64,000 nucleotides of DNA, from NCBI GenBank assembly GCA_041662125.1, contig JBAZTA010000003.1:7992-71991 (forward strand). The letters run 5' to 3'. Source of the DNA: Candidatus Omnitrophota bacterium. GTDB taxonomy: Bacteria; Omnitrophota; Gorgyraeia; Gygaellales; Profunditerraquicolaceae. Below are positions 25,176-33,374 of the stretch, one piece after another. A model generated the notes under the pieces. That model searched no databases. It was not told the DNA's origin and saw only the letters and a list, made by a program, of their open reading frames with translations. Numbering within the stretch: the first letter of the stretch is position 1; each line of letters opens with the position of its first letter. Position numbers and translations under genes: made by a program.

Positions 25176-25708
25176 GATGGTTTTATTTGTCCGGCATAGA
25201 GTTCTCTTATCGTATTGAAAATGGATATGTATTCTCCTGTTGCATAGTCCCGGTAGGTCCATTCCCAGCTTTTAAACGAGTTTTTCTGGTAATAAAGCGT
25301 TATTTCCGCGTATATGCCGCAGTCTAGGTAGATGCGGTGTTTATAATCTTTGGTCGAAGCAAGGACTAGCTTTGCCATGTCCAGGTATCCGGGATCGATA
25401 TTAATACGGCGTTTTTTATCGTGAGATGATCTTTCTTCAAGGCGGTTAGTTATATTTTTTATTCTTGCGATCCTTGAAGGTAAGACAAGTTTCTTAAAAC
25501 TGATGAATTTTCGTTTTAAGTCTCCTCCAAACTCTTTCTGATAATAATCTGTTTGGGTAAAGGGCAGAATTTGGCTTTCAAAATCGGTCTGGCCAAAGTA
25601 TTTTGTAAGGGTTTTTTGAGCCTGCGCAAGAATAGTTTCGTCTTGGAAAATAAACCCGATAATAAGTTTTACAGCTTGCGGTTTCTTTATGAGCCCCATG
25701 GTTATCAA
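25157..25708 (-). CDS. Conserved hypothetical protein (DUF4416-like)
   Basis: 183 aa, with no TM helix or catalytic motif. Co-directional with and abutting the radical SAM gene. Confidence 0.4.
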   Translation of the reverse strand: MITMGLIKKPQAVKLIIGFIFQDETILAQAQKTLTKYFGQTDFESQILPFTQTDYYQKEFGGDLKRKFISFKKLVLPSRIARIKNITNRLEERSSHDKKRRINIDPGYLDMAKLVLASTKDYKHRIYLDCGIYAEITLYYQKNSFKSWEWTYRDYATGEYISIFNTIRELYAGQIKPSCTHHI

Positions 25709-25753
25709 GTAGTAATAACTGACCAGGTGAGAATAACGGTATCAGTTAAGGTT

Positions 25754-26125
25754 TTAAGAGGGAGTGTTTTCAGGCAAGGTCTGGTTTATATATTCTGTTA
25801 TTTTCTTGTGTGAGGTTTCTTGAATACCGTTAAAGAATATCGCAATGTTGTATCCGCCTTTTGCCTCATCTTCAGTTCTGACAATAACACCTTTACATTC
25901 GACCGTATTAGTTTTATTCTTGCTGTTTCTTGCGGCAGGAAGGCTGACCGTGATCATGACTTTCGTAAAAGGCGGAACATACTTATTAATATGGCAGTAT
26001 GCCCCGACACAACTGATGTTTTGAGTCTGTGTCGCGAAATCATAGCCGTTGGCGATTACTTTAAGCGGAAGCTCTTGCTGGAGCCTGGGATAAAGCCTAC
26101 GTTCGCTTTTTGAAGATTTCATCAT
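25754..26125 (-). CDS. PilZ-domain c-di-GMP binding protein
   Basis: RxxxR (ERRLYPR) and D/NxSxGG-like (QNISCVGA) motifs. Confidence 0.55.
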   Translation of the reverse strand: MMKSSKSERRLYPRLQQELPLKVIANGYDFATQTQNISCVGAYCHINKYVPPFTKVMITVSLPAARNSKNKTNTVECKGVIVRTEDEAKGGYNIAIFFNGIQETSHKKITEYINQTLPENTPS

Positions 26126-26319
26126 TTTGCCTCTTCAGTTGCTTTCTTGGTTGCGTTTATCCAGCAGCGTTTGCTGCAGTAATACTTATTGTTTCGATAA
26201 TACTGTTTTATTTTCTTGAGCTGTTTGTTGCATGCCAGACAATTTGTTTGTTTTTCTTCTACCGGTTTAGTTTCTGCGCTTGCGGTTGCGCCTTCATTTT
26301 TGGTTTCTTGAGCAGACAT
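26122..26319 (-). CDS. Small zinc-ribbon protein (65 aa)
   Basis: CLACNKQ...CSKRC double CxxC. Sits between two PilZ genes and overlaps both by 4 nt. Confidence 0.35.
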   Translation of the reverse strand: MSAQETKNEGATASAETKPVEEKQTNCLACNKQLKKIKQYYRNNKYYCSKRCWINATKKATEEAK

Positions 26320-26328
26320 TTTTATTTA

Positions 26329-26679
26329 TTACCCTCCATGCGCTTGCATAATCATTTTTAAATATTTATCAAGATAGTCTTTTTGGATCGGGTCTATCTC
26401 AATAAATTCTATTCCTAATTGGTATCGGTCAGAGTACGGCAATGATGTTGACCTGATGATCTTTCCTACCGGTTTGATTATCTGCGATAACACATTAAAT
26501 TCCAGCATTACCGTTGATAAACGAGGAACCCCCGCGTCGGTTATAAAAGCCATTCCGCCCAGGCTGACATTATCTCCTATCGCATTATTAACAACAGAAT
26601 TTCCTCTGATTTGATAACGCAAAGGGCTAGAAAACTTTATCCGTGCGGATTGCCTTTTTTCCTGCGAAAATAATGCCAT
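26329..26679 (-). CDS. PilZ-domain c-di-GMP binding protein
   Basis: RxxxR (QSARIKF) and DxSxGG (DNVSLGGMAF) motifs. Confidence 0.6.
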   Translation of the reverse strand: MALFSQEKRQSARIKFSSPLRYQIRGNSVVNNAIGDNVSLGGMAFITDAGVPRLSTVMLEFNVLSQIIKPVGKIIRSTSLPYSDRYQLGIEFIEIDPIQKDYLDKYLKMIMQAHGG

Positions 26680-26860
26680 ACTTACCTTTTCTTTGCGAGT
26701 AAGCCGTGGCTTCTTCCTCTTATTTGTAAATTATAACACATAAATTCTATTTGTCAATAGCGATGCTGCAGAAAGTAGCAAAAAATTGTTCTATCTTTAC
26801 AAACCAGATAAATTTGTTATAATACAGCTATGAAGTGTAAAATTTTAAGGACGTAAACCT

Positions 26861-27328
26861 ATGAGTAATATACCTGAAACAGGTTCACCTGTTCCTCTGA
26901 AACCAAAACGTGATCCGATCATTTATCTTATCTGTGGTGTTGTCGGTTGTGTGGGGTTTTTGACGGCAAAAACAGCGTATACCTTCATTAATTCCTATTT
27001 TTCAGCCCAGTTTCGTCAAGGAAAGACGCTGGAGAAAAACATACGTTTGCCTGCTCCTCTTCCTCTGAGCCCTCAAGCTCAGGGCAAAGAAACAAAGAAA
27101 GCTGTTTTGCAAACGGCTCCCGCAACGCCTCCCGCAACGCCTGATGCGTCAGGTTTTGTCTTAAGCGGTGTTTTTTTCTCCGACAATGAAGGTTTTGCGC
27201 TGATCAATAATCATATTGTGAAAGAAGGCGATTTTATTGAAGGGGCAATAATTCAGCGGATTACCATTGATGAGGTCGTCTTGATCAGTAATGGCCAGGC
27301 AATCAAAATATATACCTACTCGAAATAA
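26861..27328 (+). CDS. Membrane-anchored hypothetical protein with a C-terminal beta-domain resembling GspC-HR / PilP
   Basis: N-terminal TM helix, a Pro/Ala-rich linker, and a C-terminal FALINNHIVKEGDFIEGAIIQRITIDEVVLISNGQAIKIYT. An upstream sigma-70 promoter reads TTTACA-N16-TATAAT. Confidence 0.35.
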   Translation: MSNIPETGSPVPLKPKRDPIIYLICGVVGCVGFLTAKTAYTFINSYFSAQFRQGKTLEKNIRLPAPLPLSPQAQGKETKKAVLQTAPATPPATPDASGFVLSGVFFSDNEGFALINNHIVKEGDFIEGAIIQRITIDEVVLISNGQAIKIYTYSK

Positions 27329-27330
27329 CG

Positions 27331-28416
27331 CTACGATCTTTTCTGCAGCGCCTGTTTTATCACTTCCAAAGGAATATCCTGTTTAATGACTGTTTTTCCT
27401 ATCGCTTTTATAAGGACGAATTTGTTCCTGGAACCGGTGAATTTTTTGTCGCGGTAGTGAGTTTTGAGGATATCGCCTATCGCAATATTTTTAATTCTTG
27501 TCGGTAAACCGGCTGCGCCAATCAGCCTCTCGATCTTTTTTACGGGATCAGCAGCAAGTAATCCTAATGCGTTGCTTATTTCACAAGCAACAAGCATCCC
27601 CAGCGCTATGGCTTCTCCGTGATTGTACCCGCTAAAATGCGCAGCTGCTTCAATTGCGTGGCCAATGGTGTGGCCGAAGTTGAGGATCGTGCGGATACCT
27701 TTTGTTTCAAATTCATCCCTTTCGATAATGCGGGCTTTAATAGAACTGCATTGTTTGATGATGAATTCCAGGCTGGATTTATCCCGCGCGAGAATTTTGA
27801 GGCAATTTCTTTCCAGATAGTGAAACAATCCCAAATCACCGATAATAGCGTATTTTACTACCTCAGCCAGGCCCGCGCTGATTTGTCTTTTATCGAGTGA
27901 GGAAAGAAAACGTATATCACTCCAGACTAATCGGGGCTGATAAAAAGAACCAACCAGATTTTTTCCTGACTCCAGGTCAACTGCGGTTTTACCTCCAATA
28001 CTTGAATCTACCTGCGCTAAAAGTGTGGTAGGGATGTTGATATAGGGAACCCCTCGTTTGTAAATTGAAGCGATAAACCCGGATAAATCGCCAATAACCC
28101 CTCCCCCTAACGCAGTAATAAATACCGATCTTTTTTTATCATAAAAAGCCAGGTCATTTAGAATGCGCGCGGCTATCTCAAGTGATTTGCTTTTTTCCGT
28201 GTCTGATACGCAGGTAAACTTTACCGTGAAATTTTCTTTGCGCAAGGTTTCTGCTATCAAAGGCCCGTATTTATTCTTGATCAGCGTGTTGGTGATAATA
28301 TAGGCGTCATTGCCAATCTGTAATTTTCGTAAGAATTTTCCAAGGTGGGAGATGATATCTGTCCCAATAATGACGGGATAGCTTTTGCAAGGCAAATTGA
28401 CTGTGATAGTTTTCAA
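27331..28416 (-). CDS. aroB: 3-dehydroquinate synthase
   Basis: GGGVIGDLSGFIAS NAD-binding motif and the metal-binding HxxxH region. Confidence 0.9.
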   Translation of the reverse strand: MKTITVNLPCKSYPVIIGTDIISHLGKFLRKLQIGNDAYIITNTLIKNKYGPLIAETLRKENFTVKFTCVSDTEKSKSLEIAARILNDLAFYDKKRSVFITALGGGVIGDLSGFIASIYKRGVPYINIPTTLLAQVDSSIGGKTAVDLESGKNLVGSFYQPRLVWSDIRFLSSLDKRQISAGLAEVVKYAIIGDLGLFHYLERNCLKILARDKSSLEFIIKQCSSIKARIIERDEFETKGIRTILNFGHTIGHAIEAAAHFSGYNHGEAIALGMLVACEISNALGLLAADPVKKIERLIGAAGLPTRIKNIAIGDILKTHYRDKKFTGSRNKFVLIKAIGKTVIKQDIPLEVIKQALQKRS

Positions 28417-29207
28417 TCTAACGCCTCTATTTTGTCGATCTGGATGAGTGGAGTTGATTCTTTTTCTGAAGGGATGATTTTACCGACAATTCTGGTCTTG
28501 TGGTTATTAAGCGCGTTTAATGTTTTCTTATCGCCTTTTAATAAATATACCGTATCGTTTTTATCAATGAGTTTGTGAGTGGCAATTCTGCGAAAAACTC
28601 TCCCGTAAGGTTTAATAATGCCTTCTAAGGTGACGTATTTTTCTGTTTTCGCATCAGCAACAGGTTTGTTGATCACTACTTGAGTCCCTGCGCTGGTCAT
28701 AACAGAGGTGGTATTTGCCGGTGGAGGGGTATAGGTAGCTTTTTTGACAAATCTTTTATTAACCCATCCAAAACTGTTGTCAATTGGTTCGATCTTATAC
28801 CATTGGCCATCTTGCGATTCAAGGATCGTGATTATTTCATCTTGATAGGCTTTGCCGACGATAGGCGAAGCTTCGTTTGGTGAAAGCCGTATATTGACGC
28901 TGTTTTTGGTGACTTTCGCAGCGCGGTTGCTGATAAGCGCGATGAGGTCTTTTTTTATGTAGGATGGGGCGGTTTTTGGAAGTTTAATCCTGTACCAATC
29001 ATATAATTCCCGCGTGACGTTTATATAATCTCCTTTGTTGAGTGTATAGATGATGGGCGCGGTAACCGTTGAATCAGAGCGGATATTGATATTAGCTGAA
29101 GTGATTTCACCTAAAAAAGCCTTAAAATCTTCAGCCCTGCCGTAACCGGATTGTATTGCCAGGCAGGCGCATATAATCAGAAATAATTTGATGGTTTTTC
29201 CAAGCAT
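28413..29207 (-). CDS. Secreted protein with two bacterial SH3 (SH3b) domains
   Basis: Signal peptide and two SH3b-like repeats (NINIRSDSTVTAPIIYTLNKGDYINV, VNIRLSPNEASPIVGKAYQDEIITI). Confidence 0.5.
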   Translation of the reverse strand: MLGKTIKLFLIICACLAIQSGYGRAEDFKAFLGEITSANINIRSDSTVTAPIIYTLNKGDYINVTRELYDWYRIKLPKTAPSYIKKDLIALISNRAAKVTKNSVNIRLSPNEASPIVGKAYQDEIITILESQDGQWYKIEPIDNSFGWVNKRFVKKATYTPPPANTTSVMTSAGTQVVINKPVADAKTEKYVTLEGIIKPYGRVFRRIATHKLIDKNDTVYLLKGDKKTLNALNNHKTRIVGKIIPSEKESTPLIQIDKIEALD

Positions 29208-29290
29208 AGAAAAGGTAGCAATAATTTCGGGAACGGCTTAATCTGATCTTTCAAGCCATTCCCGAAATGTAAGTTTTTGCTTAATTCGGT

Positions 29291-29590
29291 TTATTTCTTT
29301 TCAGGAGCTTTTGCAGCAGCCCCTTTAGCAGCTGGAGCGGCTCCTTTAGCAGCTGGAGCAGCGGCTTTTGCATCGCCGGCAGCAGGTGTGCCAGCAGCCG
29401 TTTCAGCCTTCTCTACTTTTTCTTTCTTTATCTTAATACGTACTGTTTTTATTTTAGGAAGGCCGAATACGTCTTCTCCCTCTTTCCAGCTATTCTTTTC
29501 AGCCATGAGCTTCAGGCGTTCGATCCGCTTTAACACTGAACGTTGTTTATTATTTTTATCCGATAATTTTAAAGATGGGTGTATTGACAT
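29291..29590 (-). CDS. Small basic protein with an Ala/Lys/Pro-rich histone-H1-like tail
   Basis: C-terminus reads AAGTPAAGDAKAAAPAAKGAAPAAKGAAAKAPEKK. The N-terminal 60 aa are not recognisably repetitive. Confidence 0.4.
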   Translation of the reverse strand: MSIHPSLKLSDKNNKQRSVLKRIERLKLMAEKNSWKEGEDVFGLPKIKTVRIKIKKEKVEKAETAAGTPAAGDAKAAAPAAKGAAPAAKGAAAKAPEKK

Positions 29591-29594
29591 GCCT

Positions 29595-30191
29595 TTATAA
29601 CCTCCTTATGAAACAATCTCGATATTGTTTTCTTATTTCAGTTAATAATGATTTTGCTTTTTCCTTATTAGAAAAACTGCCTACGCAAATGACACTGTAG
29701 CCATTGAGAGGGATGACCGTTGTCGTAAAGCCCTTTTTCTTTAATTGTGTCGCTTCTTTTTGAGCAGACAATTTTTGCTTGTAGGAAGCTATTTGAATCG
29801 TGAATTTGCTGTTTGAGTTCTTAGGTGCCGTAGTGATATTCATAGCCAATTCATTTGTTACAGAAGGCGGACGTTTTTTTGACGCAAGAGTTGCATCTGC
29901 CTGTACTTCAACCGTACGGGGGGGTATGTTTTCTTGTAGTATTGGCTCATCTTTTAGAGGAACAGCGAGTTCAACGGGAGTCCCTATATTAAAACGGGCG
30001 ATTTTTTTACCCCGCTCTACTCCCAGGCAATAACAGACCAGGCCGCTGACAATGAATCCAATAATTAGAAAGATCAGTTTTTCGTAATTCCATAGCGAAG
30101 TTAATAATGATCCAGAGGCAGAGGCTTTGAGCGCCTGTGTGCCTTTTTCTTTTGAAAATAACTCTAATTGGTTCGTTTCCTCTTGTGCCAT
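29595..30191 (-). CDS. SPOR-domain protein (septal peptidoglycan binding, DedD/FtsN-like)
   Basis: TM helix and a C-terminal SPOR domain (FTIQIASYKQKLSAQKEATQLKKKGF...VICVGSFSNKEKAKSL). Confidence 0.65.
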   Translation of the reverse strand: MAQEETNQLELFSKEKGTQALKASASGSLLTSLWNYEKLIFLIIGFIVSGLVCYCLGVERGKKIARFNIGTPVELAVPLKDEPILQENIPPRTVEVQADATLASKKRPPSVTNELAMNITTAPKNSNSKFTIQIASYKQKLSAQKEATQLKKKGFTTTVIPLNGYSVICVGSFSNKEKAKSLLTEIRKQYRDCFIRRL

Positions 30192-30240
30192 TTTTTATCC
30201 TCAAGCTTCAGGAATAATTCAACTCTATATTATAACGCGA

Positions 30241-31302
30241 TTATTTACTAAGTTGCAAGTATTTTTTAGACATTTTCTTAATAATACGCAAAAATGCTTC
30301 TACGACTTTTGGGTCGAATTGAGTGCCGCTTTTCTTCTTTATTTCTTTGACCGCTAAATCGATACATATCCTTTCTTTATACGGCCTTCCGTATACCATT
30401 GCTTCAAAAGCGTCGGCAACTGCCATGATCCGCGCGCCAATGGGGATCTGTCCTTTTTTTAACCGTGATGGATAGCCTGTCCCGTTATATTTTTCATGGT
30501 GGTGCATGATGATCGATATAACCGGCCGCAATGACTGTATCGGCCGCAAGATCTGAGCGCTTTTGAGCGGGATGCCTTTAATGATCTTAAATTCTTTCGG
30601 CGTTAGCTTGGTAGTTTTAGAGAGGATTTCAATGGGTATATCAGCTTTGCCCGCGTCATGCAAAAGGCTGGCATATTGAATGCATTCAATTTGTTTTTCG
30701 TCAAGCTGCATTTGATGCGCGATTGCTTTAACTAAACGTATAAAATAAGGCGAGTGTGTTTCTTCTCGCGGGATACGGGCGTCAAGAATGGTAACCAGTG
30801 ATTTGATCGACCCGAAAATGATCTTCTGCTGTTCTTCATACAATTGGAGGTTTTTTATCCCTGTCATAGCTTGTTCAAGCACGGTAGTTAATATCTCCTG
30901 TTCACAGCGGTCAAAAGCGGCATCGTTTTTCCCTCGTTTAACGATCATCAGCCCCATGATATCTTCAGATACCAGTGGCAATGCCAGCATGTTATTCCGG
31001 CGGATCGTGGCGAACGATTTGATGATCTTGCGTTCAAGGCGGGCCATAATTTTAACTTTGCGGTCAATGACATGCTTTTTCTTGTCAGCGACCATGCATT
31101 TTATCGTTGAATATTGCTTTGATGGATCAAGGATGACGATATAGCATGAACGCGCGTTGAATATTTGGCAAATAAGCCGGGCGAGGCGGCAGACCAGTTC
31201 TTTAAGCTCAAAAGTTGAATTGACCAGCCGATAGATACTGTGGATGGCGGAAATGAGTGTCTTATACTTTTTCGTAGGGGTCAAAAAGCTTTTTGTATTC
31301 AT
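30241..31302 (-). CDS. HD-GYP domain c-di-GMP phosphodiesterase with N-terminal GAF-like sensor
   Basis: HD (LLHDAGK) and HHHEKYNGTGYP motifs. Confidence 0.8.
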   Translation of the reverse strand: MNTKSFLTPTKKYKTLISAIHSIYRLVNSTFELKELVCRLARLICQIFNARSCYIVILDPSKQYSTIKCMVADKKKHVIDRKVKIMARLERKIIKSFATIRRNNMLALPLVSEDIMGLMIVKRGKNDAAFDRCEQEILTTVLEQAMTGIKNLQLYEEQQKIIFGSIKSLVTILDARIPREETHSPYFIRLVKAIAHQMQLDEKQIECIQYASLLHDAGKADIPIEILSKTTKLTPKEFKIIKGIPLKSAQILRPIQSLRPVISIIMHHHEKYNGTGYPSRLKKGQIPIGARIMAVADAFEAMVYGRPYKERICIDLAVKEIKKKSGTQFDPKVVEAFLRIIKKMSKKYLQLSK

Positions 31303-32416
31303 CTAACGCGTACCGATCGGTCATTCCCGCGATATAATCAGATACTACGCTTTTTACTCCGTAAGAGCTGATCCTTTTCTGGATCTGGGGCGGTAATGCG
31401 TTCGGTTTATCAATATAAAAGTTAAACAATTCTTGTATGAAACGTTTCGCTTTGTTGCTCATCCTCATCACGCGATAGTGATGATATAATTTCTCAACCA
31501 GGAGCGCGCGTAAGGGCGAGCGTAATTCCTGCATTTGCTTGCTGAAAGAAACGATCTTTTTGTCTGTCCTTTTAACATCAAGGTGCGTCTTTAATTTACG
31601 TTTGGCGATCTGTTTCTCTGTTTCCTTGATCAGGTCAGTTACCTGAATATCGATCAATGAGCGAATGATCATGTATTTACGTATCTGACTATCTATTGTA
31701 TCATATTTTCTTGAGATTTCTTTACAAATATTATCCCAAAGCGGTAATTTTTCTAAATCCGATTCTTTTAATAACCCTGAGGTCAATCCATCGTCAACAT
31801 CGTGGTTGTCATATGCTATTTCATCGGCAATATCAGTGACTTGGGTCTCCAGGGTAGGCAGCTCATCAGGTGCCAGCTCGCTTATTTCGACTGATGTATC
31901 AAATTGCGACGAGTGTTTTACTATCCCTTCCCTTACTTCCCATGTTAAGTTAAGCCCCGGGAAATCAGGATAGCGTTCTTCGAGGAGATCAACGACGCGC
32001 AGCCCCTGCAGGTTATGGTTGAAGCCTCCGCTGTCTGCCATGAGTTCGTTGAGCGCGTCTTCTCCGGAGTGCCCAAACGGAGTATGCCCTAAATCATGAG
32101 CAAGTGAAATAGCCTCCGTGAGGTCAACGTTGAGGCGAAGCGCGCTGGCAATGGTCCTGCCGATTTGAGAAACTTCCAAGGTGTGGGTCAAGCGTGTCCG
32201 GTAATAATCGCCTTCGTGATTTACAAAGACTTGAGTTTTATATTCCAGCCTGCGAAACGCCGCCGAATGAATTATGCGGTCGCGGTCCCTTTGATATGCC
32301 GAGCGGTAAGGATGGGTTTTTTCGCTATGCACGCGCCCCCGGGAAAGCGAGCTTTTCATCGCATAGGGCGCTAAAAATGTGTCTTCGAGTTTTTTAATTT
32401 GTTTTTGCGTAAGCAT
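31262..32416 (-). CDS. dgt: dGTP triphosphohydrolase-like HD protein
   Basis: FRRLEYKTQVF, RLTHTLEV and AHDLGHTPFGH motifs. Confidence 0.85.
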   Translation of the reverse strand: MLTQKQIKKLEDTFLAPYAMKSSLSRGRVHSEKTHPYRSAYQRDRDRIIHSAAFRRLEYKTQVFVNHEGDYYRTRLTHTLEVSQIGRTIASALRLNVDLTEAISLAHDLGHTPFGHSGEDALNELMADSGGFNHNLQGLRVVDLLEERYPDFPGLNLTWEVREGIVKHSSQFDTSVEISELAPDELPTLETQVTDIADEIAYDNHDVDDGLTSGLLKESDLEKLPLWDNICKEISRKYDTIDSQIRKYMIIRSLIDIQVTDLIKETEKQIAKRKLKTHLDVKRTDKKIVSFSKQMQELRSPLRALLVEKLYHHYRVMRMSNKAKRFIQELFNFYIDKPNALPPQIQKRISSYGVKSVVSDYIAGMTDRYALDEYKKLFDPYEKV

Positions 32417-32873
32417 TTTTAAGAAGGGTAAATAATTCTTTTAACGATTGTGAAATTATCTTGGTATTGGCAATAACCGGCATAAAGTTCGTGTCGCCTT
32501 TCCATCGAGGGACAATATGAATATGCAGGTGCCCCGGGATGCCTGCTCCTGCAAATTCTGAAAGATTGATCCCTATATTGTATCCATCCGGTTGTAATAT
32601 CGTATCGAGCAATTTGGTGGCGCTGGCAACTGTTTTAAAGACTTCAAGTGTTTCTGTGTCGGTTAAGTCCGAGAGTTCCCCCACATGCCGAAGTGGGGAA
32701 ACCATGATGTGCCCGTTATTATACGGGAAAATATTCAAGAGGCACAGGCAATTCTTTTTTTTAAAAATTACGGTATTCTTCTTTTTTCCGCGCGCCGCTT
32801 CGCAAAAAATGCACGTCGTGCTTTTTTTAGCCTTCAGGTAATTGATCCTCCATGGCGCCCAAAGTTTATCCAT
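32394..32873 (-). CDS. HIT-family (histidine triad) nucleotide hydrolase/transferase
   Basis: HLHIHIVPR histidine triad. Confidence 0.8.
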   Translation of the reverse strand: MDKLWAPWRINYLKAKKSTTCIFCEAARGKKKNTVIFKKKNCLCLLNIFPYNNGHIMVSPLRHVGELSDLTDTETLEVFKTVASATKLLDTILQPDGYNIGINLSEFAGAGIPGHLHIHIVPRWKGDTNFMPVIANTKIISQSLKELFTLLKNAYAKTN

Positions 32874-32881
32874 ATCTTGCC

Positions 32882-33373
32882 TTAGAATTTTATTATCCGC
32901 GCTTTGATCTTGTCGTCGATCTCGATGATGCCGTATGAATTGTATGCGGAAAATATTTTATCAGTCGCGCTTCCCGGATTAAAATAAAGGACGTTGCCTT
33001 TTTTTTCATTGAAGCCTTCATGGGAATGGCCGAAAATAACCATGTCGACAGCATCGTTTTTAAATATTTTCGCTAGAACATCAAGAAGTTTATTGGGATG
33101 CCCGTAACCATGGGTGACCCCTATTTTAAAATCATTGACCGATATAACTTCTTTCTCCGGCAATTTCCTTTTTACTTCATCTTGGTCCATGTTCCCGGAA
33201 ACCGCTTTTACATTCTTGCAAACCGTACGCAATTGGTCTAATACCGAAAGGGATACCAGGTCTCCGGCATGAATGATCATATCAACGTCTTTAAGGCCGG
33301 CGAGTACTTCTTTTGGGACGCTACCAGCTCTGTCCGGTATATGGGTATCTGCCAAAACTCCGATCTTTACCAT
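32882..33373 (-). CDS. Metallophosphoesterase (YfcE/MJ0936 family)
   Basis: DTHIP, HAGD and GHSHE metal-binding motifs. Confidence 0.8.
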   Translation of the reverse strand: MVKIGVLADTHIPDRAGSVPKEVLAGLKDVDMIIHAGDLVSLSVLDQLRTVCKNVKAVSGNMDQDEVKRKLPEKEVISVNDFKIGVTHGYGHPNKLLDVLAKIFKNDAVDMVIFGHSHEGFNEKKGNVLYFNPGSATDKIFSAYNSYGIIEIDDKIKARIIKF

Positions 33374-33374
33374 A

